A DNA stretch of 62,954 bases, filler included, from Thraustochytrium aureum (lineage: Eukaryota): NCBI GenBank assembly GCA_012862495.1. It is 3 parts of 3 records of this genome, joined end to end, with 100 filler letters (N's around TTAATTAATTAA, not from the genome) between each part and the next. Parts side by side here need not be neighbours in the genome. Positions count along the whole stretch, not along the records: positions 1 to 25,435 come from BLSG01000213.1; positions 25,536 to 43,877 come from BLSG01000214.1; 1 more part is not named here. One strand, written 5' to 3'. The position numbers were made by a program, and so were the translations under genes. Of the stretch, positions 21,944 through 33,600 are shown in pieces (positions within the stretch are counted from its first letter, which is position 1; every line of letters begins with the position of its first letter). The notes beneath the pieces are model-generated. The model was not told where the DNA came from, did no database searches, and saw only the letters and a program-made list of their open reading frames with translations.

Positions 21944-22297
21944 ATGGCCGACGACGACGTGCAGATGGTTGGGTCGCCGGAGGGGAGCGAAGGGGGCGAG
22001 CATGTCGATCTTGTCGCGCAAGAAGATGCGGATCTTGGCGCGGGCGGCGCCGGCGCGGAGAAGGAGCGGCGGACCACAAAGTACATGACCAAGTACGAGA
22101 AGGCGCGCGTGCTCGGAACGCGCGCGCTGCAGATCAGCATGAACGCTCCCGTAATGGTGGAGCTGGATGGCGAGACCGACCCGCTGCGGATAGCGCAAAA
22201 GGAGCTGCAGGCGCGCAAGATTCCGATCGTCATCCGCCGTTACTTGCCGGACGGGAGCCACGAGGACTGGTCCATTGACGAGCTCATCATCGACTGA
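21944..22297 (+). CDS. POLR2F: RNA polymerase I/II/III common subunit RPABC2 (Rpb6)
   Basis: [66 protein letters not shown]. Confidence 0.97.
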   Translation: MADDDVQMVGSPEGSEGGEHVDLVAQEDADLGAGGAGAEKERRTTKYMTKYEKARVLGTRALQISMNAPVMVELDGETDPLRIAQKELQARKIPIVIRRYLPDGSHEDWSIDELIID

Positions 22298-22398
22298 TCC
22301 TAGCAAACCCGCGTGAACCCTTTTCTTGAACTTGGCCGATGCGGTGTGGGATCGGAGCGGACGCGCTCGCGGCGTCAAGATTCTGCAAAGCAAACCAA

Positions 22399-22783
22399 GC
22401 GTACAACATTGCAGCCAGGGAGACCTGCGGCAGCCGCGTTTGCGCGCCAGNNNNNNNNNNNNNNNNNNNNNNNNNNNNNNNNNNNNNNNNNNNNNNNNNN
22501 NNNNNNNNNNNNNNNNNNNNNNNNNNNNNNNNNNNNNNNNNNNNNNNNNNNNNNNNNNNNNNNNNNNNNNNNNNNNNNNNNNNNNNNNNNNNNNNNNNNN
22601 NNNNNNNNNNNNNNNNNNNNNNNNNNNNNNNNNNNNNNNNNNNNNNNNNNNNNNNNNNNNNNNNNNNNNNNNNNNNNNNNNNNNNNNNNNNNNNNNNNNN
22701 NNNNNNNNNNNNGCGTACAACATTGCAGCCAGGGAGACCTGCAGCAGCCAGGGAGACCTGCAGCAGCCGCGTTTGCGCGCCAG
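22399..22783 (+). repeat. ~52-bp minisatellite spanning an N gap, between convergent genes
   Basis: GCGTACAACATTGCAGCCAGGGAGACCTGC(G/A)GCAGCCGCGTTTGCGCGCCAG on both sides of the gap, with an internal duplication in the right-hand copy. Confidence 0.8.
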
Positions 22784-22834
22784 CCAACCGCCAACTAAAT
22801 TGAACGATCTTGAACTTTGAAACGCGTCTGGCCT

Positions 22835-24436
22835 TTAAACGTCGTTCACAGTCGGGACGGTGAAGGCGGCCAGGTCGATGCCCATCTCCGGCGCCATCGC
22901 CTCAAAGTCGCGCACGGGGTCAAAGGCCTGCTGAGCCGCGAGCGAGTAGACCATACGCGCGATGTAGCAGAGCAAATCGCTAGGGCGCAGTCGCGTTTCC
23001 ACCAACTCCGCGAGGCGCGCGCGGATCGCCGCTGCCTCAGCCTGGCCCTCCTCTGTCGACAGCCACTCTCGCACTTGCTTGAGGTTGCTAAAATCCGGCT
23101 CAATCGGGACATAGTGCACCCAGGGCTTGAGGAGGTCGTAGTAAAACTCTCTATACGTCACGGGGGACCGCTGCCACAGCACAAGCGCGTCGATCACAAG
23201 CTTGTGGAACAGGCCCCAACTGGCCGTGTTGCCATCGACGTGCAAGTGGTAACGGTAGTCCTGGAACGAGTTGCGCGGGGTGAGCTTGGCGAGCCGCACA
23301 AAGTTGAAAAACCCTTCCTCCTTCATCTTGCTCGAGACCCCGTCCGTGGTGGTCATTGCCACGTCAAAGCCCTGCAGGTCTCGCGTCAGCCGCGCCAGAG
23401 CCGGTCGCGGCATCATATATATATAGTCAATGTCGAATGGAATCCCTGTAGAGCCGCCGCGCCAGAATATGTCGTCAGAGCGCTCTGCCCACGGCTTTGG
23501 TTGCCTTGTCGTCGCGCCGGATTTGGCACCATCGCCAGGTCCCCGCAACCTTCGGACCAGGATGGCTAGCCCACTCGCGGAGATACAAGGCGGGGTGGGA
23601 AACAGCACGCTTGGGTGCGCGTCGGTGCCGACGAATCGCACGACGCCCGGGAGCGGGTGGATCCAGCCCGAGGACGCGTACTTGAGCGGGCTTTCAACTT
23701 GCGGCACAGCGTAGTCGTTCCCGTCAAACCCGAAGACGACATCTGGTAGCTGCACGGCGCACGCCAGGGCACCCAGCACGCCCGCTGCGCTGCCAAAAGC
23801 CGAGGTCCCCGTCGCCCTCGTTTGGCACTTGTACACTGAGACCTTGTTGTCCACGATACGGACAAGGAATGGGAACGCCTCGGCTTCGCAAAGCCGCAGC
23901 AGGCCATGCAGTGTGTAGCGGGCGATATTGAAGATTCGGAAGGTGCGCTCTAGCTCGGGCTCGACTGCCGCGCACTTCGCCGCGCAAACAAAGTCGCGCA
24001 ACGGCATTCTCTTGGAGCACTTGGAGCGAAACGCAAGTCTCAGCGCGGTTTCAAAAGGCTCATCATCAGGCGACCCGCCGCGGCTATCCTGGTTGTTAGG
24101 GCACGTTTCGAGGAGTGACCTGATGTCATGCACGGCAGGGGCGAGTGGATTCCGCGCGCAAACCTTGGTGTAACCTGGTGGGCCCCATGCGCCGCCAGTC
24201 TCGGAGACCACCCTCGTCGACACTGCTTTGACGGCGCTCTCATCGGCGTCCGTTCGCCATGCCCGCGTCTCGCTCGCCCATTCGCCCGCGCCGAGCCGCG
24301 TCCCAGCGGCCGGCGTCGCAGCGCTGCTGCCTCGAAGGTGGCCCAACTGCAGCCACATGACCATCAGCTGTGCAACGCCGAAAAGCGACACAAGGGCCGC
24401 AAAGCCCAGCACGGTCCCGCGTCGGCCGGAGGCCAT
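22835..24436 (-). CDS. Glycosyltransferase family 90 (CAP10/POGLUT-like), type II membrane protein
   Basis: N-terminal TM, LPDVVFGFDGND, PWAERSDDIFWRGGSTG, YRYHLHVDGNTASWG, EFYYDLLKPWVHYVPI..DFSNL. Confidence 0.9.
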   Translation of the reverse strand: MASGRRGTVLGFAALVSLFGVAQLMVMWLQLGHLRGSSAATPAAGTRLGAGEWASETRAWRTDADESAVKAVSTRVVSETGGAWGPPGYTKVCARNPLAPAVHDIRSLLETCPNNQDSRGGSPDDEPFETALRLAFRSKCSKRMPLRDFVCAAKCAAVEPELERTFRIFNIARYTLHGLLRLCEAEAFPFLVRIVDNKVSVYKCQTRATGTSAFGSAAGVLGALACAVQLPDVVFGFDGNDYAVPQVESPLKYASSGWIHPLPGVVRFVGTDAHPSVLFPTPPCISASGLAILVRRLRGPGDGAKSGATTRQPKPWAERSDDIFWRGGSTGIPFDIDYIYMMPRPALARLTRDLQGFDVAMTTTDGVSSKMKEEGFFNFVRLAKLTPRNSFQDYRYHLHVDGNTASWGLFHKLVIDALVLWQRSPVTYREFYYDLLKPWVHYVPIEPDFSNLKQVREWLSTEEGQAEAAAIRARLAELVETRLRPSDLLCYIARMVYSLAAQQAFDPVRDFEAMAPEMGIDLAAFTVPTVNDV

Positions 24437-24941
24437 CCTGCGACTCCCTCGCTAGCGAGTAACTTGCTCCCGGCCAGCGGAGAGGCGTTCGCGCGGCCAC
24501 GCGCGACGTGCTCTGGCGTGCCATTCAACAGACAGAAAACGGCGTCGAAAATGCTGGGGTTGCCCTGGTGCAGGTTGGCGCTCTCTGCTCGCAGCCCTTG
24601 GAGCGCGGGTCGCAAAGCTGTGAGCGACGCCGCTGGGGCCTGGGCTTTGCAAGCGGTGCCAGCCTTCCTTCGCTGGCTTCGGCAGGAAGGCGCTTCGGCC
24701 AACCGAGTTGGTGCAAGTTGACGCAGGCTTCGTGCCAACATCGCCCGGCAAAGGCTACCCTATCCTTGTCCAGCTCAACGTTACATCAACATGCGTTTGC
24801 TTGCGGCTCCGGCCTCTACGTGGCTAGGTTGGGGCCTCGTCGCGGCACATCGTGGCGCCCTGCAGAGCTTGTGGCGCCCTTTGCTGTGCGCTGCCAGTTC
24901 GACAGTCTTCGCAGCACGAGAACGAGGGCTTGCCTGCCTTC

Positions 24942-25435
24942 CTACCAGTCGTCAAAGTTCTTAAACTCGGTCTTGCTTGGCGGCGCCTTGCGCTTGGGAG
25001 CCAGGCGCGGAGCGGCGGGCGGCAGGGCCGCCGTTGCGGCGATCACGGCCGTCCCGGCTGCATCGAGCACGTCTGTCGCCGCAGGGCTTTCGCTCGAGCC
25101 GGGTTGTTTTGCATCTGGCGCTGACCCGTGCTTTTCGCGGTCAGCCCGGACCGGATCTGCCAGCACGAGTGCCTGCAAAATGACCACCTCCTCCAGCGGC
25201 CTCTCGCCCCCGGCCACCGGGACGCCTTCGATCTTTTCTAATACATCGAATCCGCCCACAAGACGGCCGAATACAGTGTGCTTGCCGTCCAGATGCGTGC
25301 ACGGCTGAAACGTCAGGAAGAACTGCGACCCGTTGGTGTTCGGGCCGCTGTTTGCCATGGAGAGCACGCCGCGCTTTGCGTGGGAGAGGAGTGGGTTGCC
25401 GTCCTTGAAGATCTCATCTTTGAATGCGCGGCCCC
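24942..25435 (-). CDS. PPIL2: Cyclophilin, C-terminal part, PPIL2/CYC4-like; 5' end lost at scaffold junction
   Basis: FKDE...[42 protein letters not shown]. The C-terminal KRK...FKNFDDW tail is characteristic of PPIL2. Confidence 0.75.
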
Positions 25436-25479
25436 NNNNNNNNNNNNNNNNNNNNNNNNNNNNNNNNNNNNNNNNNNNN

Positions 25480-25491
25480 TTAATTAATTAA
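25480..25491. other. Artificial contig/scaffold linker (stops in all six frames)
   Basis: TTAATTAATTAA centred in a run of Ns; an identical linker lies at 43922. Confidence 0.95.
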
Positions 25492-25642
25492 NNNNNNNNN
25501 NNNNNNNNNNNNNNNNNNNNNNNNNNNNNNNNNNNAAAAGGATAATTTGGACGTGGTCGGTTCGTTGCAAGCAGGTCAGGTTGATTCACCCTGTCTCAGA
25601 AATGTATGAAAGAATGAACAGATGAAGAGAACGAGAAAGCGG

Positions 25643-26482
25643 TCAAGGCGGCCCATGCCCTGGCGCTCCCAAGCGCAGGCACCCTTGAGCGTCATAGAAC
25701 GCCACGAGGTCGTCCAGTTGCAAGTTGCTCTCGCGGGTCAAGCTCATAAACTCTGCAGCGGAGAGGCTCTCGCGCCCTCGCTCGTGCGCGGCCCCCGGGA
25801 TCTTAAAGCAGTACCCGGCGTTGCTACGCAGGCGGTAGTTGCCGTCGAGCGACCTGTAGAGCGCCAGGAAGCGCCGAGCAATGGCCACCGCGCACCCGGG
25901 GTGCCGAAGCTTACTCAGCAGATCTATCATTCTATACAAGTGATGGGGGCACAGGTCCTCACGCATAACTACAACAGCGTTGCCCGACCCTCCCGGCCTC
26001 CGAAACGCGAGCTCTACGGTTCGCGCGAGGAAGCGCTTCCAACTCGCCCCAGGCCCAGCACCACTGGCGAAGAAGGCCCTTTCGTCGGCCTCTTTCGTCG
26101 CTCGCACAACTAGCTCTGCGTCGCCGCGCGGTAGGCGGCTCAAGAAACGGCCAGCCAGCAGAGCGCAGGCCTCCCGCCGCCAGAAGGCGTCGTCAGCCCC
26201 GGCTCTGGACCACGAGCGCGACGCAGCGGACAGCGACAAGACCGACCGCTTGTCGAGGAACGCGAGCACGCCGTTTGCTAGCTCTGCGGTCTCTGCGACG
26301 CGCTGCAGCGCTTCGCAGGCGGCCACGCGCTTCCGAGCAAGCACAACCAGGTCCCCCCGCTCAAGCACCTTCGCAGGCCGCCCAAGAGCCAAGTAAAGCT
26401 CGCGCGTCGAAAGAGCCTCCAGACCGCCTCTCGCCCACGTCGGCGCCGCGCACCCGTCGCCTGCCGGGGGGGGCTGCGCCAT
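25643..26482 (-). CDS. F-box protein
   Basis: ELANGVLAFLDKRSVLSLSAASRSWSRAGADDAFWRREAC is an F-box pattern, followed by SWKRF. C-terminus unrecognised. Confidence 0.75.
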   Translation of the reverse strand: MAQPPPAGDGCAAPTWARGGLEALSTRELYLALGRPAKVLERGDLVVLARKRVAACEALQRVAETAELANGVLAFLDKRSVLSLSAASRSWSRAGADDAFWRREACALLAGRFLSRLPRGDAELVVRATKEADERAFFASGAGPGASWKRFLARTVELAFRRPGGSGNAVVVMREDLCPHHLYRMIDLLSKLRHPGCAVAIARRFLALYRSLDGNYRLRSNAGYCFKIPGAAHERGRESLSAAEFMSLTRESNLQLDDLVAFYDAQGCLRLGAPGHGPP

Positions 26483-28070
26483 TTCGGTCTCGGTCGACCC
26501 GCGAGCCGTCTGCGAGCCCTTCCCGAACTCGCTTCACCTTGGCGCCCTCCCCAGCGGCCCAGCGCGCCAGGGCCGCCCTNNNNNNNNNNNNNNNNNNNNN
26601 NNNNNNNNNNNNNNNNNNNNNNNNNNNNNNNNNNNNNNNNNNNNNNNNNNNNNNNNNNNNNNNNNNNNNNNNNNNNNNNNNNNNNNNNNNNNNNNNNNNN
26701 NNNNNNNNNNNNNNNNNNNNNNNNNNNNNNNNNNNNNNNNNNNNNNNNNNNNNNNNNNNNNNNNNNNNNNNNNNNNNNNNNNNNNNNNNNNNNNNNNNNN
26801 NNNNNNNNNNNNNNNNNNNNNNNNNNNNNNNNNNNNNNNNNNNNNNNNNNNNNNNNNNNNNNNNNNNNNNNNNNNNNNNNNNNNNNNNNNNNNNNNNNNN
26901 NNNNNNNNNNNNNNNNNNNNNNNNNNNNNNNNNNNNNNNNNNNNNNNNNNNNNNNNNNNNNNNNNNNNNNNNNNNNNNNNNNNNNNNNNNNNNNNNNNNN
27001 NNNNNNNNNNNNNNNNNNNNNNNNNNNNNNNNNNNNNNNNNNNNNNNNNNNNNNNNNNNNNNNNNNNNNNNNNNNNNNNNNNNNNNNNNNNNNNNNNNNN
27101 NNNNNNNNNNNNNNNNNNNNNNNNNNCGCAGTCTTTTCGCGCGGCCTTGCACGTCATCGGGGAATGTTCGTCGCGCTGCGAGCCCACGTTCGGTACACGC
27201 GTCAATTAATAACGTTACGGCCCAGTGACGAAATCAGCGTCTGCAGGAAAGAAGACGCGTCGTATCGAGGGTATCGTGACGATACTGGGGCAGGAATGTC
27301 CGTTACGGGCGGTGGCGCGGATGGCCGGCCGAGACGGTGGAGGGCGGCGGCGCGATGGCACCGCGCTGCGGCACGGAGGGCGTCGCTTGAGCGATCGTTA
27401 AGTGGCGATTGTTCAGAATGCTTCTTTGCCGGCGTGCTGGTGGCGCGCTCTCTTTCTCGCTGTGGTTTGCGGTTTTCGGCGTGGTCTTTGCGCGAAACTG
27501 TCCTGCCGCTTCTCGAATTGAGCGTGGCTCAAGCTACCTACGCTCTCGCTGAGAGGCGCGGGAGAGAGTGGGAGAAGAAGCGAGATTGGGCGGCATAGAT
27601 CCGGTCTCGGCGCTGAGGATTCCGCCGAGGCGAGCCGCTGCGGCGCGGGATCGAAGGATTTGGGGTGCGCCGCCCATCCACCATCATCGTCGAGGTTGTT
27701 GCTGCTGTTGTTGCATCAATGTTCCGGCGCCAGGATAGCTAGCCAACAGCGCGCAGAGCAGCTCGCAGGGCGCAAGAGTTGGCAGTCAGCGAGACGTGGA
27801 CCGCGCGAGCGCGCGCGGGCAAGAAGGCGAAGCAGCGCTGGGAGGCGCAGCTACTCGAGCGCAGACTCGCGGGCAGCGCTGCGGCGGAACGTCCACGAGC
27901 ACGCAGCAGGACAAAGGCTCCTAGGTGCAAAGAGAGGAGCAGGGCGGAATCGCCGGGGCGCGCAGTGCGCGGCTCCCAGGCCGACAGCGCGGCCGCTCCA
28001 GCAGCGACAGGGGGAGCGAGGCGTTTGCTGAGCTGGCGAAGCGCGCGCAGCGTGGCGCGCGCCAGGCACG

Positions 28071-30054
28071 ATGCACAAGTACAGGCTGATTTCAAAAAAG
28101 GGGGAAGGGACATTCTCGGAGGTGCTCAAGGCGCAGTCGATCAAGTCGAACAAGTACCTCGCCATCAAGTGCATGAAGAATCACTTTGAGTCGATCGACC
28201 AAGTGAACAACCTGCGCGAGATCCAGGCGCTCCGCCGCCTCTCCCCCCACCCGGGGATTATCAAACTGTATGAGGTTCTGTACGACCAGCCGACGGGACG
28301 GCTGGCGCTCGTCTTTGAGCTGATGGACATGAACGTGTACGAGCTGATCCGCAACCGGCGCCACTACCTGCCAGACGAGCGCGTCAAGCACTACATGTAC
28401 CAGCTGATCAAGTCCATGGACCACATGCACCGCAACGGGATATTTCACCGCGATATCAAGCCGGAAAATATTCTCATCTCGGACGAGGTTCTCAAGGTCG
28501 CCGACTTTGGGTCGTGCCGCGGAATTTACTCCAAGCCACCCTATACCGAGTACATCTCAACACGGTACGTTTTCGCCCGCCCGCTTGCCGGCTTGCCTGC
28601 TTGGCTGCACTCGCCCCCCCCGCCCCCCACCATGCGGCCAGCCAGGACCGCGGCCGATGGGTTTGCACGCGCACTTGCGCACTCGAACACCGCTAACACG
28701 TTGCCCCCTCGCGCAGATGGTACCGGGCCCCGGAATGCCTCCTGACGGACGGCTATTACGGGTACAAGATGGACATGTGGGGCGTGGGCTGCGTCATGTT
28801 TGAGATCATCGCCCTCTTTCCGCTGTTTCCAGGCACAAACGAGCTCGACCAGATCGAGCGCATCCACAACGTCGTAGGCACGCCAAAGAAGGCCATACTG
28901 GACAAGTTTAAAAAGTACGCCACGCACATCGAGTTCAACTTTGCGGACAAGCCAGGCACGGGGATCGCCAAGCTTATCCCGCACGCGAGTGAAGCATGCG
29001 TGGACCTCATTGTCAAGATGCTCGCATACGATCCGGAAGACCGCATGTCCGCGCGCCAAGCGCTTCGCCACCCGTACTTTGCAGAACTGCGTCAGGCCGA
29101 CAAGAAGGCTGAGCGCGAACGCGCTGCAGCGGCCACCAGCGCAGCCAAGCCCGGCGCGGGACCGGCCGACGAGGCCGCCGGGACCAAGGACGCCAACAAA
29201 CCGCTCGCGGCAGGTCCCACGGAGGCTGATCTTGCCAGGCTCCGCCGCAAGGCCAAGCCGGCAGGGAGCAGCTTGGCAGAGCCCGAAACGGACCGCAGCG
29301 CCGTGGCGCAGCTCGACGCGGACAGCCATCGAAACCAGGAGCGCAAGAAGAAAAAGCTGCCACGCAAGTTGTCCCCAAAAGGTCGTGATGGAGCTGAACT
29401 CCCAGACATATCCTCGCAGCATCGCGCTCCAGCTCGCGCTGCGGCGGCAAAGCCCGTCGGAGCGCTCCCAGCGATCGGGGCAGCGCCCAACGGTGGACGC
29501 TCTCCTCAACAGCAAGCAACTCAGCAGGCCGCGATCATGGGCAAGCCGGCGCGTGACGCCCGGGATCCATACGTCAACAAAAAGCAGCACTTGGCAGGAA
29601 AGTCAAAGCTCCGCGGTGCTGCCGAGCACCAGCACGCTGCTCCCGAGCCTGCGACGTTGCGCTCAAACGCAAGAAATCCCGGCGGCGCCAATCCCTTCCA
29701 GGGCGGCGGCAACAACAACCACCACAGCAACAACCACAGCCCCATAACATCATCAACCACAACCAGAGCGGCGGGGCCAGCAGCACTGGGACAGACAGCG
29801 AAGAGTATTTGCATGGCGCGGCGAGCCCAACGCGCAAATATGTTGCGCAGCAGCGGCAAACGCAGCAGCCAGGGTTTGCCAAGAAGAGCATCCCCAAAAA
29901 GAACGGTGGCGGCAAGTCCCTTGCACGAGCAGGGGCCAAGTCCTACTATTACGATGCCCAGGACACAGCGCCGGCCAAGTCATACTCGTACAAGACCAAG
30001 TACCAGAGCCCATACTCGCAAAAGTACATCGCACGGCACAGGCATGTCACTTAA
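28071..30054 (+). CDS. MOK: MAPK/MAK/MRK overlapping kinase (MOK/LF4); intron 28565-28716; probable frameshift near 29741
   Basis: MHKYRLISKKGEGTFSEVLKAQ, QVNNLREIQALRRL, HRDIKPEN, DFGSCRGIYSKPPYTEYISTR|WYRAPECLLTDGYY. Intron GTACGT...GCTAAC...CAG. The shifted frame gives a tail ...KYQSPYSQKYIARHRHVT* at 30054. Confidence 0.93.
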
Positions 30055-30097
30055 AAGCGCGGCAGGTGAGATGGGCTTAGCCAGATTCTAAAAGAAA

Positions 30098-30219
30098 CGC
30101 AGCTTGGCTTGACTTCCGCAGCGTGGCTTGACTTCCGCAGCGTGGCTTGATTTCCGCAGCGCGGCTTGATTTCCGCAGCGCTTGTTTCCCGCAGCGTCGC
30201 TTGTTTTCCGCAGCTTGGC
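30098..30219 (+). repeat. 19-bp tandem repeat (CGCAGCGTGGCTTGAYTTC), about 6 decaying copies
   Basis: Visible directly between the convergent MOK and BolA stop codons. Confidence 0.9.
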
Positions 30220-30257
30220 CGTCTCCGCCCGGTGGATCGAAGTGCGACTCCATCACG

Positions 30258-30530
30258 TCAGGCCTTGCCTTTCTTCGCCTCGTACTGCTTCACCGTCCAT
30301 GTCTTGAGGGTCACCGCGTGGATGGTCTTCATCGCACCGCCCATGCCGTCGTGGATCATCCGGTGCCTTTGAAGCAGCGGGACGCCTTCGAAGGCGTCCG
30401 AGACGCACACCACAAGAAACTTGTCGCCGCACCCGTCCGAGAGGTCCTCCACTTCGAGGTGCGTCACGTTCGGCACGGCCGCGCGCACCTGCGCCTCGAT
30501 CGACTCTGGCGTCACCGCCTCGGAAGCCAT
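30258..30530 (-). CDS. BOLA2: BolA-like protein, BOLA2 type
   Basis: VTHLEVEDLSDGCGDKFLVVCVSDAFEGVPLLQRHRMIH...IHAVTLKTWT. Confidence 0.9.
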   Translation of the reverse strand: MASEAVTPESIEAQVRAAVPNVTHLEVEDLSDGCGDKFLVVCVSDAFEGVPLLQRHRMIHDGMGGAMKTIHAVTLKTWTVKQYEAKKGKA

Positions 30531-30605
30531 CGCCGTCGAGCGACGAGCTCGCAACCCGGAGAGCGCAGGCGGCCGTCTGCGGCGCGCCTTGGTCGGCCCT
30601 TCGCG

Positions 30606-33600
30606 TCAGGCGCCCGAGAGCAGGAACGCCGCCGCCGGGACGACCGCGATCGCCTCGACCTTGCCGCGGCGCGCACCTCCTGCGGCTGCTGCGGCTGCGG
30701 CTGCTGCGGCTGCTGCACGAGCCTCGAGCGTGTCGAAGAGGGACGCGACAGGCGGTGGACGAAGCTGCTGAGAAGGTATTTGGCGACTGGCAACCGAGCA
30801 ACTGCGGTGAAGCGACGCGTGAGTGGCACCTGCGCAAAGCGGACGCGAAGCGCGGCCTCTCGCGCCAGCANNNNNNNNNNNNNNNNNNNNNNNNNNNNNN
30901 NNNNNNNNNNNNNNNNNNNNNNNNNNNNNNNNNNNNNNNNNNNNNNNNNNNNNNNNNNNNNNNNNNNNNNNNNNNNNNNNNNNNNNNNNNNNNNNNNNNN
31001 NNNNNNNNNNNNNNNNNNNNNNNNNNNNNNNNNNNNNNNNNNNNNNNNNNNNNNNNNNNNNNNNNNNNNNNNNNNNNNNNNNNNNNNNNNNNNNNNNNNN
31101 NNNNNNNNNNNNNNNNNNNNNNNNNNNNNNNNNNNNNNNNNNNNNNNNNNNNNNNNNNNNNNNNNNNNNNNNNNNNNNNNNNNNNNNNNNNNNNNNNNNN
31201 NNNNNNNNNNNNNNNNNNNNATCCCGGCGAAGCTCGAGAGCGAGGACAAGGCAGTTCGACGCAGGCAATACAAAGGCCGCCGAAGAGCCTGGGCGGAATA
31301 CATCCGTCGCAGCGCCCTCTGCGGTCCCCTCGATGTCCTGCGGGTACACGTTGCGGCCGTCAACGATAATAAGGTCTTTCAGCCGGCCGCACAAAAACAG
31401 CTCCCCGCCGCGCAGAAATCCCAGGTCGCCTGTCCTCAGGTACGAACTGGGTTCACTGTCGTTCACCACGTGGCCTGCCATGCTGGCGCGAAAGACTGCG
31501 GCGTTGGCCTCGTCGGACTTGCCCCAGTACCCGTCTGCCACGCTCGGGCTCGAGATCCAAACTTCGCCCACCAGGTGTGGCGGCAGAAGGGCCTTGGTGT
31601 CTGGGTCAACGATCTTGACAGTGACGCCAGGGAACGGCGCCCCACAGCCAACGAGCTCGACCAAGGCACCGCCGGTGGCGTCATGGTTGGCGACTTGGCG
31701 CATGGCGAGCGCCTCCGCGTCGACGCGCAGCACTGTCGGCGGCTCGCTGGAGCACTTGCCAGATACGAGAATTGTGTGCTCTGCAAGTCCAAAGCACGGA
31801 AAGAATGCCTCACGAGCAAATCCGCTGCGTGAAAAGGCCGCAACGAACGCATCCAAGGCGGCGCTGCGAACTGGCTCGCCCCCGTTGCCAGCGACACGCC
31901 ATGTTGTCAAGTCCAGTCCGTCGAGGGCTGCGGCGTCTCCAGCGGCAGCGGCGGCGCGAGCCCTGCGCGCCGTGTAGGCGAACGCAAAGTTCGGGGCTGC
32001 CGAGAAGGCGGCCTGGTATTTGGAGACCGCTTGCACCCAGAGCAGCGGGTTTCTCAGGAACGCAATCGGTGAGAACGAAACGAGTCGAATCCCAGCGAAC
32101 ACGCCGCTCAGCGTGCAGACGACGAGGCCGAGGTCGTGGTACTGCGGGCACCAGTTGACTGCGGTCTCGCCGAGACCGCGGCAAGCGAACGAGATCTGGT
32201 TTACAGCGCCTTGATGCATCAGGTTGGCGTGGGTGATGCGGACCCCCTTGGGGTCCCCGGTTGACCCAGACGTGTATTGCAGATACGCAACCGTTGACCC
32301 TTCCACTCCCCGCAGCGGGGTGAAGGGGGGAGGCTTGCTGAACGTCCGCCAAATGGGACGCAAGACGCGGCGCCTTACCTCGAGAGAGAATCTGGGCGCG
32401 AGTGTGTTGAGCCAGCCGTCTGTGCGCACCCAGACAAGGCGCGAGGCAAGGTCGCGTGGGCCGGGGGCCGGCGCTGGCCCAAGGAACGCGGTCAGCAAGA
32501 GCGCTGGCTGCGTGGCCGTGGCATAGAGGAGGCCCGCGGCTGCCAGCACGAGAAAGCCAAGCTCGTAGCTCGACGAGCTCCTCAGACCAACATCATCGGC
32601 GTCCTTGAGCTCTGCATCTGGAATGTACATTTCCAGGGCAGTGAGCCACTTGAGCGAAAAGCGGATATTGCTCAAAGCTAGCGCGAGAACCCCGGGCCCG
32701 ACGACGACGAGAAGGGCGGCCAGGCGCGCGCCACAACGCTCGAGTGCGAGGCGGGCCGTCGAACCGGTCCTTACTGCCCAGTAGGAGGTGTCGCTCAATA
32801 CGAGCGCTGGTTCGCAGTCCCGGAGCACGTTCTGGAAAACGGCGTCGCGGTCGACCTCGTCGGGACGCGGCGGGTACACGGGGACGGCGACAGCACGAGC
32901 GTAAAAGCACGCAAACATGGCCACGGTAAAGGCTGGCCCGGGCGGGTAGACGAGCACGACCCGCTGGCCGGGCTGAACGTCAAAGGTAGAGGTCAAACGA
33001 CTCGCGAGCGCGGTAGCCTGAGCATGTAGCTCACAGAAGGTCAGCTCCTCCGTCTCCTCCCCGGAATCGTTGAGCCAAAGCAGTGCTACGTTGTTTGCAC
33101 TCGCAGGATCGCTCGCCCGCATGGCCAACACGTCTGCAACCGTGGTCGCTGCCGCGGCGGTCTTGGACGCAGACGCACGGGCTTCCTGAAGCAGCTTGTC
33201 ATGCTGCTCCTTGGAGAGCGGCGCAGGTGCGACGCGCTCGACAGGGGCCGCGCGTTTGCTCGCGGCCTGAGCAGGCACCTGGCTCGACGCGCTTTCGCGA
33301 GCCCAGATCCCGAAGCGAAGCAAAGCCAGGCCGAAAAAGGTGTGAAGCGCAACCTGCGGGGCGTGGGGAAGGAGGCCCCACAAATAAGAGCGCTCTGCCG
33401 CCCACTCGTTGACGTCGATTGACCAGGACTCTGCTGTTGCCGCGTCTGGGGTGTCGTCCACGAATGCGCGTCGAAACACGGTCACCGGCCGAGAGAAGTT
33501 GTGCTGATCCTCTTTCGGCGTGGAAAAGTTGGTCCACAGGAAAAGGAGCACGAGGGCCTTGAGAACCCAGCCCGCTGTTGCGAGGCCCACTGGAGACGGG

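Noticed and set aside
25480..25491. TTAATTAATTAA as a biological element (piggyBac TTAA site or terminator)
   Set aside because: It is embedded in symmetric N runs and repeated identically at 43922, so it is an assembly linker. Gene adjacency across these points is meaningless.
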